Origin: Antechinus flavipes
Taxonomy: Eukaryota
Length of the DNA: 64,000 nucleotides
Assembly: GCF_016432865.1 (NCBI RefSeq)
Contig: NC_067399.1
Location: 639,654,001 to 639,718,000 of the forward strand
Direction: 5' to 3'
The translations under genes were made by a program, and so were the position numbers. Numbering within the stretch: position 1 is the stretch's first letter; the number at the start of each line of letters is the position of its first letter. This document shows, one piece after another, positions 1 through 13,200 of this stretch. Below the pieces are notes generated by a model. It was given only the letters and a program-made list of their open reading frames with translations. It did not search any database and had not been told where the DNA came from.

Positions 1-1171
1 GATGCTATAAATCCCAGGTGAATTATCTCTTTTTTAGAACATAAGCAACCCATTATTCAGCATAATGTGTTCATATATTCAACATAATAACCTGCTTCCT
101 CACATTAAAAATTTGTTTATCAGTGTATCAACATTCTTTGGCTGTTTTCCTCAAAGATCAGGATATTTAGGTTCTGTGTCCTCATCAGAACTGGCCACCT
201 CTCCCATAATGTTAACATTATGCAAGGGAACTTGATTTTTAAAGCAATCAAAGTAACCCTTGCAATAAAAATCTCTTTACCATCCATTTCATTTCCATTT
301 TCTTTCACTGTCTAAGCTTTTGTTGACAGGGCTGCTCTGCTAAGAATGTTTTTATTGCAATCTTTCATCCATACAGCTAAAAGGCATTCCATTTCTATTA
401 TTGTTACACATTGATTTCTTGTAATTATTCACAAAGCTAATGCTACTCAACCTTTCCCTCTAATTCTGCTGTGTGCTTGATTACTTTCTGTACCACAACC
501 CCTGTCCTATTTTAAAATTACTACCACCACATTCATGCCATTTAATCACATCAAATTTTCATCTGAACACAATAACAAGTCTCTTCTTTTTTGCCCTGGC
601 AACATATCCATCTGAAACAATCTTCCTCTGATCCATTTTAAGGTCTATTTTAAAAAAGCTTTTTTTAAATTAACTGTAGCCAATAGAATAGGCAGCAACA
701 CATTATCTCCTTCCTGACTTGACATAGGCAAATTCAGATGAACAAATGAGTGGGGGAAGGGGAACATCAAAAAGTTCAATAAGTTTACATGCATTCCATT
801 AATTGCATTTTGTATTGCTTTACACAAAACTGCTTCATTTTTGAATAATGCATAATCCAATTAATTGTAAATTATAACTCCCATTAAGTACAACTAGCAG
901 TGTACAATGTAAATGAAAAGATTAACCTCAAAAAACTGTCAATGTTTCAAATAATTAAAAAATAAGTATGGAGAAAAGAGTTTTATAGGAGAAGAAATCT
1001 ACAACCCACTCCTTATAGAGGTGAGAGGTTCACAATATTGTTATATCATCTTCAATGTACTGGTCAGTTATGTGATTTTTTTAACCTTTTTTTGTCTTTA
1101 GATGGGAAATGTATGGTGAGAAAAAAAATATTAAAAAATATTTTAAAAGGACATTAAAAAATTCCACTTAC

Positions 1172-1239
1172 CTTAGTACCAATAATAGGGATTCTTCTGA
1201 TGATTCTAAAAAACTTCTTTTTGGCCCTTGAAAATAAAC
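1172..1239 (-). CDS. SGPL1: SGPL1 coding exon (third coding exon; equivalent to human exon 4), 68 bp
   Basis: Minus strand ttcag|GTTTATTTTCAAGG...GGTACTAAG|gtaagt. It translates (S)LFSRAKKKFFRIIRRIPIIGTK against human [23 protein letters not shown] (recalled). The 68-bp length and phase 1 to 0 fit the preceding exon. Later exons lie left of the window. Confidence 0.95.
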
Positions 1240-1759
1240 CTGAAAGAAGCACAAAGCAGCCCATTATTCAACAGCTGTCAAACCCTCCACTCAGGTATCA
1301 ATCCTCATAGCAGCACAACCAGATTAAAATGGAGTTGAAAGATGTTTGACATAAGTTTAAAAATATAGCATAGATAATGTGAATTTAAGATTTTCTAAAT
1401 CATATGGAGGCCACAGTTTGACACCTGTGCTCTACAGTTTCTGGTAGTTTCTCCTGCCCATGGACCCAGAATTTTACTTCCCAGGATCTCCAAATTTCCA
1501 TTTACCTCAACAAGAAGCTTCCAATCATGATCTTTTTAGACTAGAATCTGCTCTCTTGTTCTCAACAGCAAAAGCTTGCAGTGATTTCGGGCCCTGAGTG
1601 CTCCTTAATAATCATGGAATCCCACCAATCCCATAGAGGACACGACAGAAGCCCACATGTCTCTGCTTCCCCACAGGTCCATGTCTTAACCTTATTAAGT
1701 TCCTTGTAATTTCCCTTTCATGTTCACCTTTTTAGAATTCTCTTGAGTCTTACATTTAA

Positions 1760-2640
1760 AAGTTAAATTTTCTATTCAGCTCTAGGCTTTCATCAGAAAT
1801 GCTTGAAAATCCTCCATTTGATTAAATATCTTTCCCTTGAAGGAAAACTCAGTTTTGTTAGGTAGATTATTCTTGATTGTAATTCCAACTTTTTGCCTTC
1901 TAGAATATCATATTCCAAGCTCCCTGCTCCTTTAACATGTTAACTGCTAAATTTTCTGTAACCCATGGTATTTGAATAGGGTTTTTGGACTATATATTTT
2001 CTTTTTGTTCTAGATAACTCTGGAATTTGTCTAATATTCTTGAGAAATTTCATTTTTAGATCTCTTTCAAGTGGTGATCAATAGATTTTTCAATTTCTAT
2101 TTTATACCCCCTGATTTTAGGATATTGGGGCAGTTTTCCTTAGCAATTGGAAGTTTTGGGAGTTTCCAAGATGTCATGATCTGAGGAGGGGTATGGTTAC
2201 TGCTTTCCTGTTCTGTACTCTGGTCTTTACTTAGGAAGGGCCCCCAATTCCTTGGGATTGCAACTGATACTGCTCCTCAGGACCCCTGCTCCTTAGGGAC
2301 ATGATACTGTTCCTAAGGGTTCTTGAACCCTGATGACAGAAAACAATACTGCTCCTCAGGATTCCCACTCCCTCTTTACTGAAAGTGCTTGAACTGTGAC
2401 TCAGAAGTAAGTACAGACAATAGATTTGTCAAATAGCATCTGGTGCTGCCCCCTCTGCTAGCTGGCCAGTTGCCCTTACCATCTCTGGCTTGAGAGCTCT
2501 TAAAGCCACTGTTGCTTCCATCGCCACAACCTAGTCCCATCACTGGTATTTCAGCATCATTCTTTCCATTACATGTCATGGACTCTAATGAGCAACAAGA
2601 ATTTCTGGCTGGCCCTTGATACTTTAAGGCCTCTTCCAAA
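1760..2640 (-). mobile_element. LINE-1 fragment (ORF1 C-terminal region and upstream sequence), decayed
   Basis: The reverse strand reads like marsupial L1 ORF1 (WNMIF.KAKKLELQSRIIY..KLSF...EDFQAFLMK) with stops and frameshifts. Confidence 0.7.
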
Positions 2641-4059
2641 AGAGTGCTAACACATTTAGCTGATCACACGAAGAGGGTATGAAGTGTGAAGTTTTCTGCT
2701 TAATACTTTAGAGGGAATCATTCTAATAACAGCTTATATTAATAACTGGCCGGGCCATCCCAACTCCCAATGAAAGAATTTGTGCTTCCTAGCATTTATT
2801 TGTACTTAACTAAGACCAACACCAGGCAGTGTATGGTATCTTTTTACATAAATATGTCCTATCATTCCAACTAGACCTTGATCTCCTTGACCACCTACAC
2901 TAGTTTCCAGCACCATGCCCAAATGTTTGTGCTCAATATTTGATTGCTTAGTCTTTAGGGAACACAACACATGAACAGTAGATATCATTATAATTTATTC
3001 ATTTCTATAAACTGTTTGCTACACTGTATAACAGCAGAAAGTTGTTTTTCGCTCTTTCCACTTTTAAAAACTTTACTTTATAAGATATACCTTGATAGCT
3101 ACAACCAAAACCAAAATAAAGAATTTATGGGAAAAAGTGGTATTAATTTGCATCACAGAATATTAGAAACATATGAGATCATGATATGTATCCAATCAAG
3201 ATTTTCTGTTTTACCAATAAACAAACTGCCTCTACAGAATTAGGAGAAGTCCACAAGATAAGGAGACTGTATTTAGGTACTTCTAAAAATACAAAGATAT
3301 ATAAAGAAACAGAAATAGGAAAAAAAAGATGAGAGCAAATGAATGAAAGCAAGGAAAAAAAGGGTGAAAATGAGAAAAAGCAAGACAGATCACATTATAA
3401 AAACCAAAGAATGTCAACTGGAAAGTACCTTAAATATCCAGCTCCAAATGATACCTGTCTGCTCCCAAATTTACTCCATGAGATTTTTTTTTTAAGCAAA
3501 ACATATTCTTACTTAATTAGCTAGCACACATGAAGAGGGGCCTACTTTTCCATATAACTTGCAGGACAATAGCCTGGGGTCAATTGTTAATTGTAACAAA
3601 CAAACAATTAGTAATTATAACAAAACAAAATTTAATAGGAATTAAATATATGCTACACATAGATTTCTATTCATGTGACGCCACTTTCTCTCCCTACTCA
3701 AAAATATAAGGAGTCCTTATTTCTTCTAGCTCTCTCATTTCACAGATGAAGTAACGCCCACCACAGAGAAGTCACAGGGTGACAGAACGAGACCCAAAGG
3801 GACCGTGGAGATTCCATCAAGTCCAACTCCCTCATTTTAAAGACCAGGAAACTGAGTCACAGAACAGCTGACTGATTTGTAAATGTTTGGGCTAGGATAC
3901 AGACCCAGTATTTCCGAATTCCAAGTCTAGGGCCTGTGCAGACATCGCCAAGAACCTCCTGAGCCAAGAACCAAGGTGGTCCAAAGGACTATGACCAGTT
4001 TCCCTAAAAGTAGCTAGATTATGATCCAAGTTTCCACCTACTTCACAGTCCCTGAAATA

Positions 4060-5480
4060 TCTTTTTTTTCCTATTCTTTTTTTAATTTTATGTGAATTTA
4101 ATCATACTTATCTCCTACTGCTCCAACATTAGACAATTTTAAAATAAGATAAATTTAAAATCTTTAAAAAGAAAAAAAAAATCTTCCTAATTCACATAGT
4201 CCAAAATAGCAAAACAAAGTCCCTGCATTAAAGCCACGTGCAAAACTATATATCTCTTTCTTTAACTCCAACTCCTCTCTATATAATTAATCTTCAGGCC
4301 TCTGGATTAGGGGTTGATCACTGCATTAAGCAGAATTCTAAAGTCTTTCCAAGTTGTTTCTCCCCTCCCCCCCCCCACTGTTGTTGCATATTCTCCTAGT
4401 TCTGTTCACTTCACTCTGCATCAGCTCACTAAGGTCTTCTCCCATTTTAACTTGAAACTGCTCCCTTCATACTTGCTTACAGCATAATCATATCCTGTTA
4501 CATTCATATGCCCCCGTCTGTTTAGTTTTTATGCAACAGGTGGGCATCCCCCAAGTTTCCAGCTTTTGGCTACTATAGAAAGAACTACCATAGTCATTTT
4601 CTGTAGGGGTCTTATTCCTCCTTCTTTGATCAGTCTAGTAGTAGTATAATTGGCTCAAAGAGGATGTATGCTTTAATCATTTGGGAACCTATTCCAAATG
4701 ACTTTCCAGAATGAGAGTACAACTTCCAGCTCTACTGATGAGGTGCTAATGTGCCCATTTTTCTACAGCCTCTCAAACATAATTTTCTTCCTTTGTCATC
4801 TCTGTCAAACTTACAGGTGAGAGGTAGAATCTAAAAGTTGATTTAATGTGCATTTCTTTAATTAATAGTGAAATGGACATTTTTCATAGCATTGGTGATA
4901 GCTTTTATTTCTTTCTTTGAGAACTTTCATTCATATTCTTTGACCACAAATCTATTGGGGGAATGACTCTTAAGTCTTATAAATTGTAATCAGGTCCTTT
5001 TATATCTTGGTTATGAGACTTTTATCAAAGAAATATAATGCAAAAATTTTCTCCTAGTTAGCTATTTCTCTTCTAATTTTAATTGCATTAGAGTTCCTTA
5101 TTCAGATCTTTTCAATTTTATATACTTTTGATCTGATTTTTCTTGTGCAACATGAGGAATATGGAAATATATTTAGAAGAATTACACATGTTTAATCTAT
5201 ATCGGATTCTTTGCTGTTTTGGAGGGGTGGAAGAAGGGAGGAAAAAATTTGGAAAATAAGATTTTGTAGAGGTAAATGTTGAAAACTATTTTTCATATAT
5301 TGGAAAAATTAAATACTATGAAAAAAACCTTTAAATTTATATAGTCAAAATTGTTCATTTTATTCCCTGTGAGCCTCTCTTTCCCTTTTTTTTTTTTTTT
5401 TGTCATGACATCTTTCTCTATCCAAAGATCTGAAAAGTCAGGATGTCTCCTCTTATATCTAAATTATGAGTCCATCTGAA
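4060..5480 (-). mobile_element. LINE-1 ORF2 3' region and 3' UTR (minus), with a plus-strand L1 3' UTR inserted at ~5120-5330
   Basis: Typical antisense L1 ORF2 text (gggcatcccccaagtttccagcttttggctact...ttccaaatgactttccagaatg). The nested segment ends in an A-rich tail. Confidence 0.7.
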
Positions 5481-5703
5481 TTTATATGAATAATGGTGTG
5501 AGATGTTATAGATCCTGAAATATTAAAGCATCCACTATATGCCAAATCCTTAGCCCTTCAATCTTCCATTCCAGGAGTGTAGCAAATTTGCAATGACATA
5601 AAGCTAAGGACCAGCACTCTGAATGACAGCCAGCATCTGACTATATACAATTTAATAAACTTGATTTTGCTTTAATAATTTGATGTAAAAGTACAGGATT
5701 TGG

Positions 5704-5857
5704 ACTGTAACCTATTCAACATGTAAAGGACTGTTTGCCATCTGGGGTAGGGAGTGGAGGGAGGGAGGGGAAAAATAGGAACAGAAGTGAATGCAAGGGA
5801 TAATGCTGTAAAAAATTACCATGATATGGGTGCTATCAATAAAAAGTTATTTAAAAA
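5704..5857 (+). mobile_element. Young 5'-truncated L1 3' end with perfect 17-bp TSD
   Basis: Ends ...caataaaaagttatttaaaaaaa and is flanked by aaaagtacaggatttgg at 5687-5703 and 5858-5874. Confidence 0.8.
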
Positions 5858-6440
5858 AAAAGTACAGGATTTGGCAATGAATAAACAGTTTTTGTAAAAA
5901 AGCATCTGGAGGACTTAGTGGACAACAGACTGTACAGGAATGAAAAATGGATTGCCTTCAAAGGTGGAAGGCTGCTGGTCCCCAGTGGGCCTTGCCCAAG
6001 GCCACTGAGAGATAAGCCTCAGATAAGGTGGTTCAGCCTCCCCACCCCCCATCATGGGAAAAGACCTTCTGGCTTCTTGGAGAATCCCAGATCTCCACCA
6101 AGACTCAGCCTAAGCAGCGATCCAGTCCAATAGAAATCCATCCCAAACATACCCAGGCCAAAAGTAAACTTTTTAAACTTAATTTCCCCCATAAAAGAAA
6201 AATTTAAAACCCCACCAAATCACAATATAAGTGTTATGGGAGCATTTACTTAATAAATGTTCATTATTAGGTACATTCCCCTAGTAATAAACCTAAGCCC
6301 AGGGAAGCTACAAAGATAAAGAAGATTAAAATCCAGTCTAATGGCGGTACTGTTCACATACAGGATAACAGAGCCCAGATTTTTAAAGATTTTGGAGGTT
6401 AGAACACTAAGCTGATTCTTTTCGGGTGAGATTTAATAGG

Positions 6441-6587
6441 GATGAGGCAGCTGGATGGCACAATGGAGGAGCTGAAGTCAGGAGGACCTGAGTTCAAATC
6501 TGGATTCAGACACTTAACAATTCCTAACTGGGTGACCCTGGGCAAGTCACTTAGCCCCAATTTCCTCAGAAAAAAAAGAAAAAGAAA
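6441..6587 (+). mobile_element. WSINE1-like marsupial SINE
   Basis: tRNA-derived head gaggcagctggatggcacaatgg...ggacctgagttcaaatc, core gtgaccctgggcaagtcactta, an A-rich tail, and near-TSD atttaataggg / atttagtaggg. Confidence 0.8.
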
Positions 6588-6791
6588 TTTAGTAGGGGTA
6601 AATATGATCACAGACCAGAAAGAGACAAAGCTGAAAGAAACCTCACCTTCATTTTACAGATGAGGAAACTGAGGCTGAATTATGTTGTTTTGTGTCCACA
6701 ATAATATAAGCCCCCCTCATTCCAGAGCCAATATTCTCCCCTCACTCCTCCATGTTACATCCCTACAATTGGGTTAAAAAAAATACTTCAA

Positions 6792-6847
6792 ACCCTGGCA
6801 TGAGTTCTGTCAATAAAAAGTTATTTTAAAAAAAGAAAGAAAAAAAG
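6792..6847 (+). mobile_element. Extremely truncated (~55 bp) L1 3' end with 13-bp TSD
   Basis: accctggcatgagttctgtcaataaaaagttatttt followed by an A tail, flanked by aaaaatacttcaa on both sides. It has the same 3' terminus as 5704-5857. Confidence 0.7.
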
Positions 6848-6914
6848 AAAAATACTTCAAGATAGGGAAGAAAATTCAACAGGAAAAGATCTGGGGGCTT
6901 TAGTAGACTTCAAG

Positions 6915-7350
6915 TCAATGTTTTAAATGGGATACAGCTGCCAAAAAAACAAACAAAAAACATGTAATCTTAATGAGAAAGTAAGTGTTCAGAACTAGAT
7001 ACTTGACATCACACGTTAAGGAGGACACAGATCTGCAGGAGAACCAAGATGGCGAGTTTGTGCCATGTAACAATTCAAGGAAAAAACTGGACATGTTTGG
7101 CTTGGAAAAGAGAAGGCTCAGCATGCCCATGAGAGTTGTCTCCAGTGACGTGAAGAGTTTTTGCAGGGACACAAGATTTGTTCTGCTTGACCCTGGAAGT
7201 CGGCTGTAGGAGAAGCTCCTTTTCGGAATCAGAGCTCTCCAAGGTGGCTTCTTAACACTGAAGAAGGCTCCAACACATCTGAATAAAGGGCCAAGGAGCA
7301 GTTGATCTTTTAAAACAGGAAGGCTGCCCTATGACAGGGGCATGAGATGA
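6915..7350 (+). mobile_element. L3/CR1 3' fragment
   Basis: actggacatgtttggcttggaaaagagaaggctcag...gtctcc resembles the CR1/L3 RT C-terminus (ELGMFSLEKRRL). Confidence 0.6.
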
Positions 7351-7839
7351 GAAGGCCATCGTTGGCACACAAGGGAGGGGTCTCTTTGGAGAGTTATGGG
7401 AAGGTAAATCTAAGCTGATGGGCACCAAAACACAGAACTGCTGGAAAAGACTTTTGAGATTGGAAAAACTGGAAGTAAGGTAAACTCTACAGGCTGAAAG
7501 AGAGGGAGTTAAGGCTACTTTGCAAATAGCCATTGACCAAATTAGTAAATTTGCAACATGACATAGAAGAGAATGCTGGATGTAGTCCTTTTGTGGACAT
7601 GCTCACCTGGGACACTGTCATCAGTCTGAAAAGTCACAGCTACAGAAACTGAAATCATCCACAACACTCTCAAATGCAGGTTATCCCAACCACCAAACAC
7701 AGAGCAGGAGTTTTCATTATGTTAATCTTCAGACAAGTATATTCCCATGTGCTTGGTTTCCTCTGTAATTCTCTGTATTATATTTGATTTCATGCACATA
7801 AAAACATTATTCTGGGAAAGAGTCCATGATTTCATAAGA

Positions 7840-8690
7840 CACTATCCAACACTAATACATTGTTGGTAGAGTTGCGAGATGATCCAGCCATTCTGGAGAG
7901 TCATTTAGAATTATGCCCAAAGGGCTACAAAACTGTGCATACCCTTTGACCCAGCAGGGCCATTACTGGTTCTATATCCCAAGGACATCATAAAGGAAGG
8001 AAAAGAACTCACATGTGCAAAAATGTTTGTGGCAGCCTTTTATTGTGATAGCAAAGAACTGGAAAACGAGTAGATGCCATCAGTTGGGGTATGGCTGAAC
8101 AAGGTGTGATATATGAAGATAATGAAATATTATTGTTCTATAAAAAATGATGAAAAAGCTGATTTTAGAAAGGCCTGGAAAGATTTACATGAACAGATGC
8201 TGAGCAAAACAAACAGACTCAGGAATACATCATATATAGTAACAGCAAGAATGCAACAAAAAGCTTGGTTCTTCCAAGCTCTTCTTCTGGAGCAATCCCA
8301 ATACACTTTGGGCAGAAAATGCCATCTGCATCCAGAAAAATATCTAAGGAGACTGATTGTAAATCAACACATGCTGTGCTCACTTCTTTTTTTCTGTTTT
8401 TTTTATCTCTCCTAAAATTTTTTCTCTTTTGCTCTGATTTTTCTCTCCCAACATGATTCATAAAATAATGTGTACTGAAAAATAAATAAACTTACTAGGG
8501 GAAAAAAAAAATACCAGATTAGCTAAAATACTAGCAGGGGAGAGTAACAAATGTTAGAAGGGGAGGTAGAAAATTTGGGACACATTCATTGTTGGTGGAA
8601 TTGTGAACTGATCCAACCACTTTGGAGAGCAATTTAGAATTATGTCCAAAGAGTTATTAAACTACCTATACCCTTTCACCCAAATTTTAA
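7840..8690 (+). mobile_element. LINE-1 ORF2 3' end and 3' UTR fragments
   Basis: acattgttggtagagttg...ctgtgcataccctttgacccagca...atgaaaaagctgattttagaaaggcctgg, followed by a polyA tail at ~8500. Confidence 0.75.
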
Positions 8691-9652
8691 AAAGACACTT
8701 TCCAGAGGTTCTGAAGCACATAAAACAGAATAACTGTATAATAAACAAACACGTCTTCTTTCCCTTCTCTCTCCATTAGGGTAAGTTGATGCTATGGACA
8801 GTTTCAGAGAAAAGACAGAAATAATAAATGATTATTCTCAATTATTCAACACTGAATTTGATTAATTGTTCTATATCTAATGCACAAGGTCCTAAGTTCA
8901 AAGGCTTTGGAGACAGGAAATCAACATGTACTCTAAGACTTCAGATATTTAAACCCAGATGAAGTCTAAAGATAGCTAAGGCTCGCAAGAGGAGAGATGT
9001 TTCTGGACTATATTAGAAAGAATGCAGCATTTGGATAAAGTAGACCCAAACGACTGAAATGAGGAATGTGTGAGTTATGGAAAATAAATAGGGAAAAGTG
9101 AGCTGGTCTTAAGCTAAGCAATCTACATGTTAGCCTGACAAATGTAGGGAAGATCCTTGAACAAGGGACTAACATAGTCAGATCTGGACTTCAGGAAGAT
9201 TATTTTGAGAGGCGTATGGCAGAGAGCCAGGCCAAGGAAGAGATTGGAAGAAAGGGTACCAGTTAGTAGCTATTACAGTAAATCCAGGCAGGAGGTCCCG
9301 AGGTGGAGATGTCCAGCAGGAAGTTACTAACATGGGATTAGAGCTGGGGAGCACTATTTGGACTGGATCTATAGATTCATGATTCTTCTTCTAGAAATAA
9401 TTGAAGTGACCCAAGTTCAAGTGCTACTTCTGAGAGATACCAGGAGTATGAACTTGGTCAAATCTCTACCTACTCGGGAACTCTCTGAAACTGTCAGTTG
9501 CAAAGAAGATGCCCAAAATCATAATCCTATCCCTATCCTGTAATAGAAAAAGATAATAATGATGATCTAACATTTAAATACTTCCTTAAGGTTTACAAAT
9601 CACTTCACAAATATTACTTCACTGAATCCTCACAACCACTCAGGACATAGGT

Positions 9653-9710
9653 GCTATTACTCTTGAGGAAACCGGACGTAAGCTATTACTCTTGAGGAAA
9701 CCGGAGGTAA
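9653..9710 (+). repeat. 29-bp tandem duplication inside a MIR
   Basis: gctattactcttgaggaaaccggacgtaa followed by gctattactcttgaggaaaccggaggtaa. Confidence 0.9.
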
Positions 9711-10118
9711 GAAGACTTGTCCAGGGTGTCCCAGTTACTAAGTGTCTAAGACCAGATCTGAATCTGACTCCTGGGGATAGCACACTTCACCACCTGCCTG
9801 CATAAAGTAACAGTCATGAACTGCCATCCCAAGCAAGTCTGCATATGGAATCCAATTTGGGGGGGATTTTCTTGACAGCCCAAGTTACTCCTCAGGCTTG
9901 AATCTAGAAGTTTATAATGACCCTGATTTTGATTTTTGAGAAATCAAGGAAATGAATATTTAAAAGGTAGGCCATAAAAGCACCACTAAAACCCTCAGCA
10001 GATGGGATCAAGAACAAGAAGGACGAGTGTCAGTGGGAGGCCAGTCCCTTCAAGTCTTGGAACTGACCACCCCAGAATGGCCCTTCCTCATCCCCAAAAC
10101 AGGTCGTTGGACACTTAC

Positions 10119-10284
10119 TCTCAGGTTGGAAGATGAACCCATACAGCCACACGATCAGCAAAGTCCACAGCACACTCCATGCAATCAACTGCCACGGCTC
10201 ATATTTGGTGCAGTGTCCATTTACATAGTTCTTGGCATTGATCAAGTATACCTCCAGGATTTCCTGATAGGGCTCAATGGCTTT
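10119..10284 (-). CDS. SGPL1: SGPL1 coding exon (human exon 3 equivalent), 166 bp, contains the N-terminal transmembrane segment
   Basis: ttccag|AAAGCC...CCTGAGA|gtaagt. It translates [55 protein letters not shown], nearly identical to mammalian SGPL1 ([55 protein letters not shown]). Confidence 0.98.
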
Positions 10285-13200
10285 CTGGAAACAAAACACA
10301 AGAAAAAGAACTGTTATAAGAAAGAAAAAGAGGATTCAGTCTTTCCTGGAGTATTTAAGTATTCTTAGATTATTTCATTCCCAAATCAATATTTTCCTTT
10401 ACAATTAAGAACCTCCGCACTCTTACCCCAAAATACCTAACAATCTCAGCCCGTCTGGCCTACTGTTTTAATTTTTGCTCACATTTTTTTTTTTGCTTAG
10501 GGAACATAATTCCCCAAAAGGGAGAACTAAACATACGCACACATAAATGAATACAAGGTAACTAAAGGAGGGAGATAATATAACAGCTGAGAAGTTAAAG
10601 GACGTCCCTGAGCACCTGAACTGCGTCTTAAAGGAGCACAGTGCTGTCACCGAGGCTTGCTAGAGGCTTGTGGCCTCCAAGAAACAAAAGGGAAGGGGCT
10701 ACAACCATCAGAGAACTTTTAAGGTCCATCTGGCTGCAACTTGAGCAAGAACTTTCTCTACAACAGACTCCACAGGTGGTCTCCTCTCCAAGACCTCCAG
10801 CTCAGACAAAGGCACTTCCTTCTGAGCGAGCGATTTCAGGGGGACACAGCTCGTTTGGGTGTCAGACTAGAGAAGCACTAAGCTGCTGCAGGGCCCAAGC
10901 TTCGGGTCCTATGGATTAAAAGCTGCTCTTTAAAACAACCATGATCTGCCCCTTTGCACTCTGCCATGACACGGAAGGCTTCTCCTCGGTCTTGGTTTGC
11001 CCTCCAGGGCCAAGCGGAACAAGACAAATCCCTCTCCCACATGAGGATCCTCCCTGTATGTGATACAGAAACGAGTAGTTATGTCATGTCCATGCTGCTG
11101 CCCCTCAATGACTCAGAACAAGTGCTCTTCCAATCCGAAGAGAGAAGAGGGGTTCATTCTGAGGGCTCTGGCAAAGGATGGCACCATTAGCACACAGCAA
11201 GGAGAAGGCCCTCTCCAGAGGACGCCGAGGAAACACAAAGCTCCTCGAGAGACTGGTGTCTATCCTGGGCCATTCCCCAGGGCCGCCCTCCTGCTACCAC
11301 CAAACACAACCACCTACAGCAGAGGTAGTTGCCAGAGCCCTTCTTTGACAGGATCTAAAGAAGCTATCGTCCACAAAAAGCATTATCAGCTTCCAACCGC
11401 TAAAAAGAAGTTTCTGGTGGGAAAGTCTAGAGCTGAGAAGTCAGATTTGTGACTGTGAGGGAAAGCCATTCAGAGAAAATTCATTCTGAAGATCATGGTT
11501 TCTACCTAGTTACCAGCCCTCGTTCTCCAACAATCAGGACAGACAGCAGGGAACAATACACACGCCAGGTGGAGAGAAATAAATCAGATATTTGGGTTTT
11601 CAAATATACAAGGAATTCAAAATCCAAAATTTATCACTTTTTTCCAATTAAACTCAGTTTATCGGTAAAATATACTCCAGAGTTATGATTGTCCAACTAG
11701 CCTTTTAATTTGTCACAGATAAAGACAGAAAATAAACTTGATGGGTGACTAAGGCCCCTATTGTGAAAATTCAAGATGCAATATTAGCCACAAGACCACC
11801 CAGTCTAAAGTCCTCGGTTTTTCAGAGGAAATTCAGGTCCCCAAAAAGTTACTTTTCACAGTCACACAATGTGTCAGTGACCACAACATCCTTCCCAGAC
11901 CCCAAGTCTGGGCTTATTGATAGTGAACATCACTGCCCTTGCTAATTTAGCATAAACAAACAGCGCCAGTCTTTGGGGACGGAGAGCCTTGCAAGGCTGC
12001 TCAGCTTAGCACTTTATTGGGCTCTGTGGGCCTGGCAGGGCAGTGTCCCTGGGGGATGGAGGAGGCTGCTCTTGGATGCTCCTGTGTAGGTCGAAGCCCC
12101 AGAGAGAAGCCTGATGTAACCTAGCCTTAAGGAATCTTTTAACCCCTTCTAAGCCACAGGCATCCCAGGAGTCTCCGTTTTCAAGGTCTTGAGTGATTTC
12201 ACCGTTACCTAATAAGTACCGTGTACAAGGGGGCAATTTGGGTGCTACAAATGGGAAGCCTGACAGCGTTTTGTAGGACGAGCTTAAATGACACAGGCAG
12301 GGCATGGCTTATAGATAGGAATGTAGATAATGAGAGCACGAGAACCTTACACACTAACAATTACCTTTTTGACCACATCTTCTAGCTTAAAGCAGTATAT
12401 TCTCTGACCAGGTACGCACATATCTCTAACTCTCAAGCCCAAGTGCATATCCTGCCATGGCCTCCTTGGGAGGAGTCAAGGACTCAGACCACTGCTCAGA
12501 CCATTTTCCTTCTGCATAATGAGGGACACAAGCCTGGCCCTGGCCAATGAACGGAAGAGGCAGGGAGCAATCCCATTCAATCCAACAAAGGAAGGGTCCA
12601 TGTCCAAAGACAAAAATGAAAGCCCTTGATCTCTGGGGTTAGTGGGATGGGGGTGGGTAGTGGACAAACAATGAACGCAGATAAAAGTAGGAATAACTGG
12701 GAGAAATCAAGAAGGAGCTGGAAAAGAGGTGGCCCCTGAGCCTCTGGAGGAATCCAAGGACTCTGAAAGCCCACAGGGAGAATGAGGAGCCCAGAACTTC
12801 TCCAGGCCCAAGGGAGGCTGGTGGCCCAGGGACTAGATGGAGGGCAGCAGGGCATGGCTGAGAGCCAGGTTGGGAAGGGCTTCCAACGCCAGAGATCCTG
12901 GAGCCCTCCGTGAGCAGGGGAGAGGCAGGGCCGGCCCCTTTGGGAATCCTAAGGCCAGAGGAGGGACAGCCAGGAGGCAGCAAATGCGGCTGAGGCGAGT
13001 TAGGAAGCCCCTCAGCCTATCGAGCTTCCGTGCATCTCGCCGAGCTAAGGCGGCCAGCAGCAGGGGGAGGGAAGGGAGTTTTCAGGCAGGAGTTCCTCGT
13101 GCTGTGAGGAGGGTGGACCAGAGACAGGAGAGGCCAGAAGCAGGGAAGGCAAACGGGAGGTCTTTTAAACAGTTCAGGTGAGAAGTGAAACAGGCCTGAA

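Noticed and set aside
1-1171. Next SGPL1 exon (IQDKLNKTK-like)
   Set aside because: No matching translation or splice pair was seen, so it lies left of the window.
6441-6520. tRNA gene (A/B-box-like motifs)
   Set aside because: These are tRNA-derived SINE heads followed by a CORE sequence and A tail, with no cloverleaf.
9653-9710. Short direct repeats as a CRISPR-like array
   Set aside because: Eukaryotic DNA, with only two adjacent copies, no spacers and no cas genes. It is a simple tandem duplication.
10030-10299. ORF-track 89-aa protein beginning MFCFQ as a complete gene
   Set aside because: Only 10119-10284 is SGPL1 exon. MFCFQ and the tail after FQPE are read-through of intron sequence beyond the splice sites.
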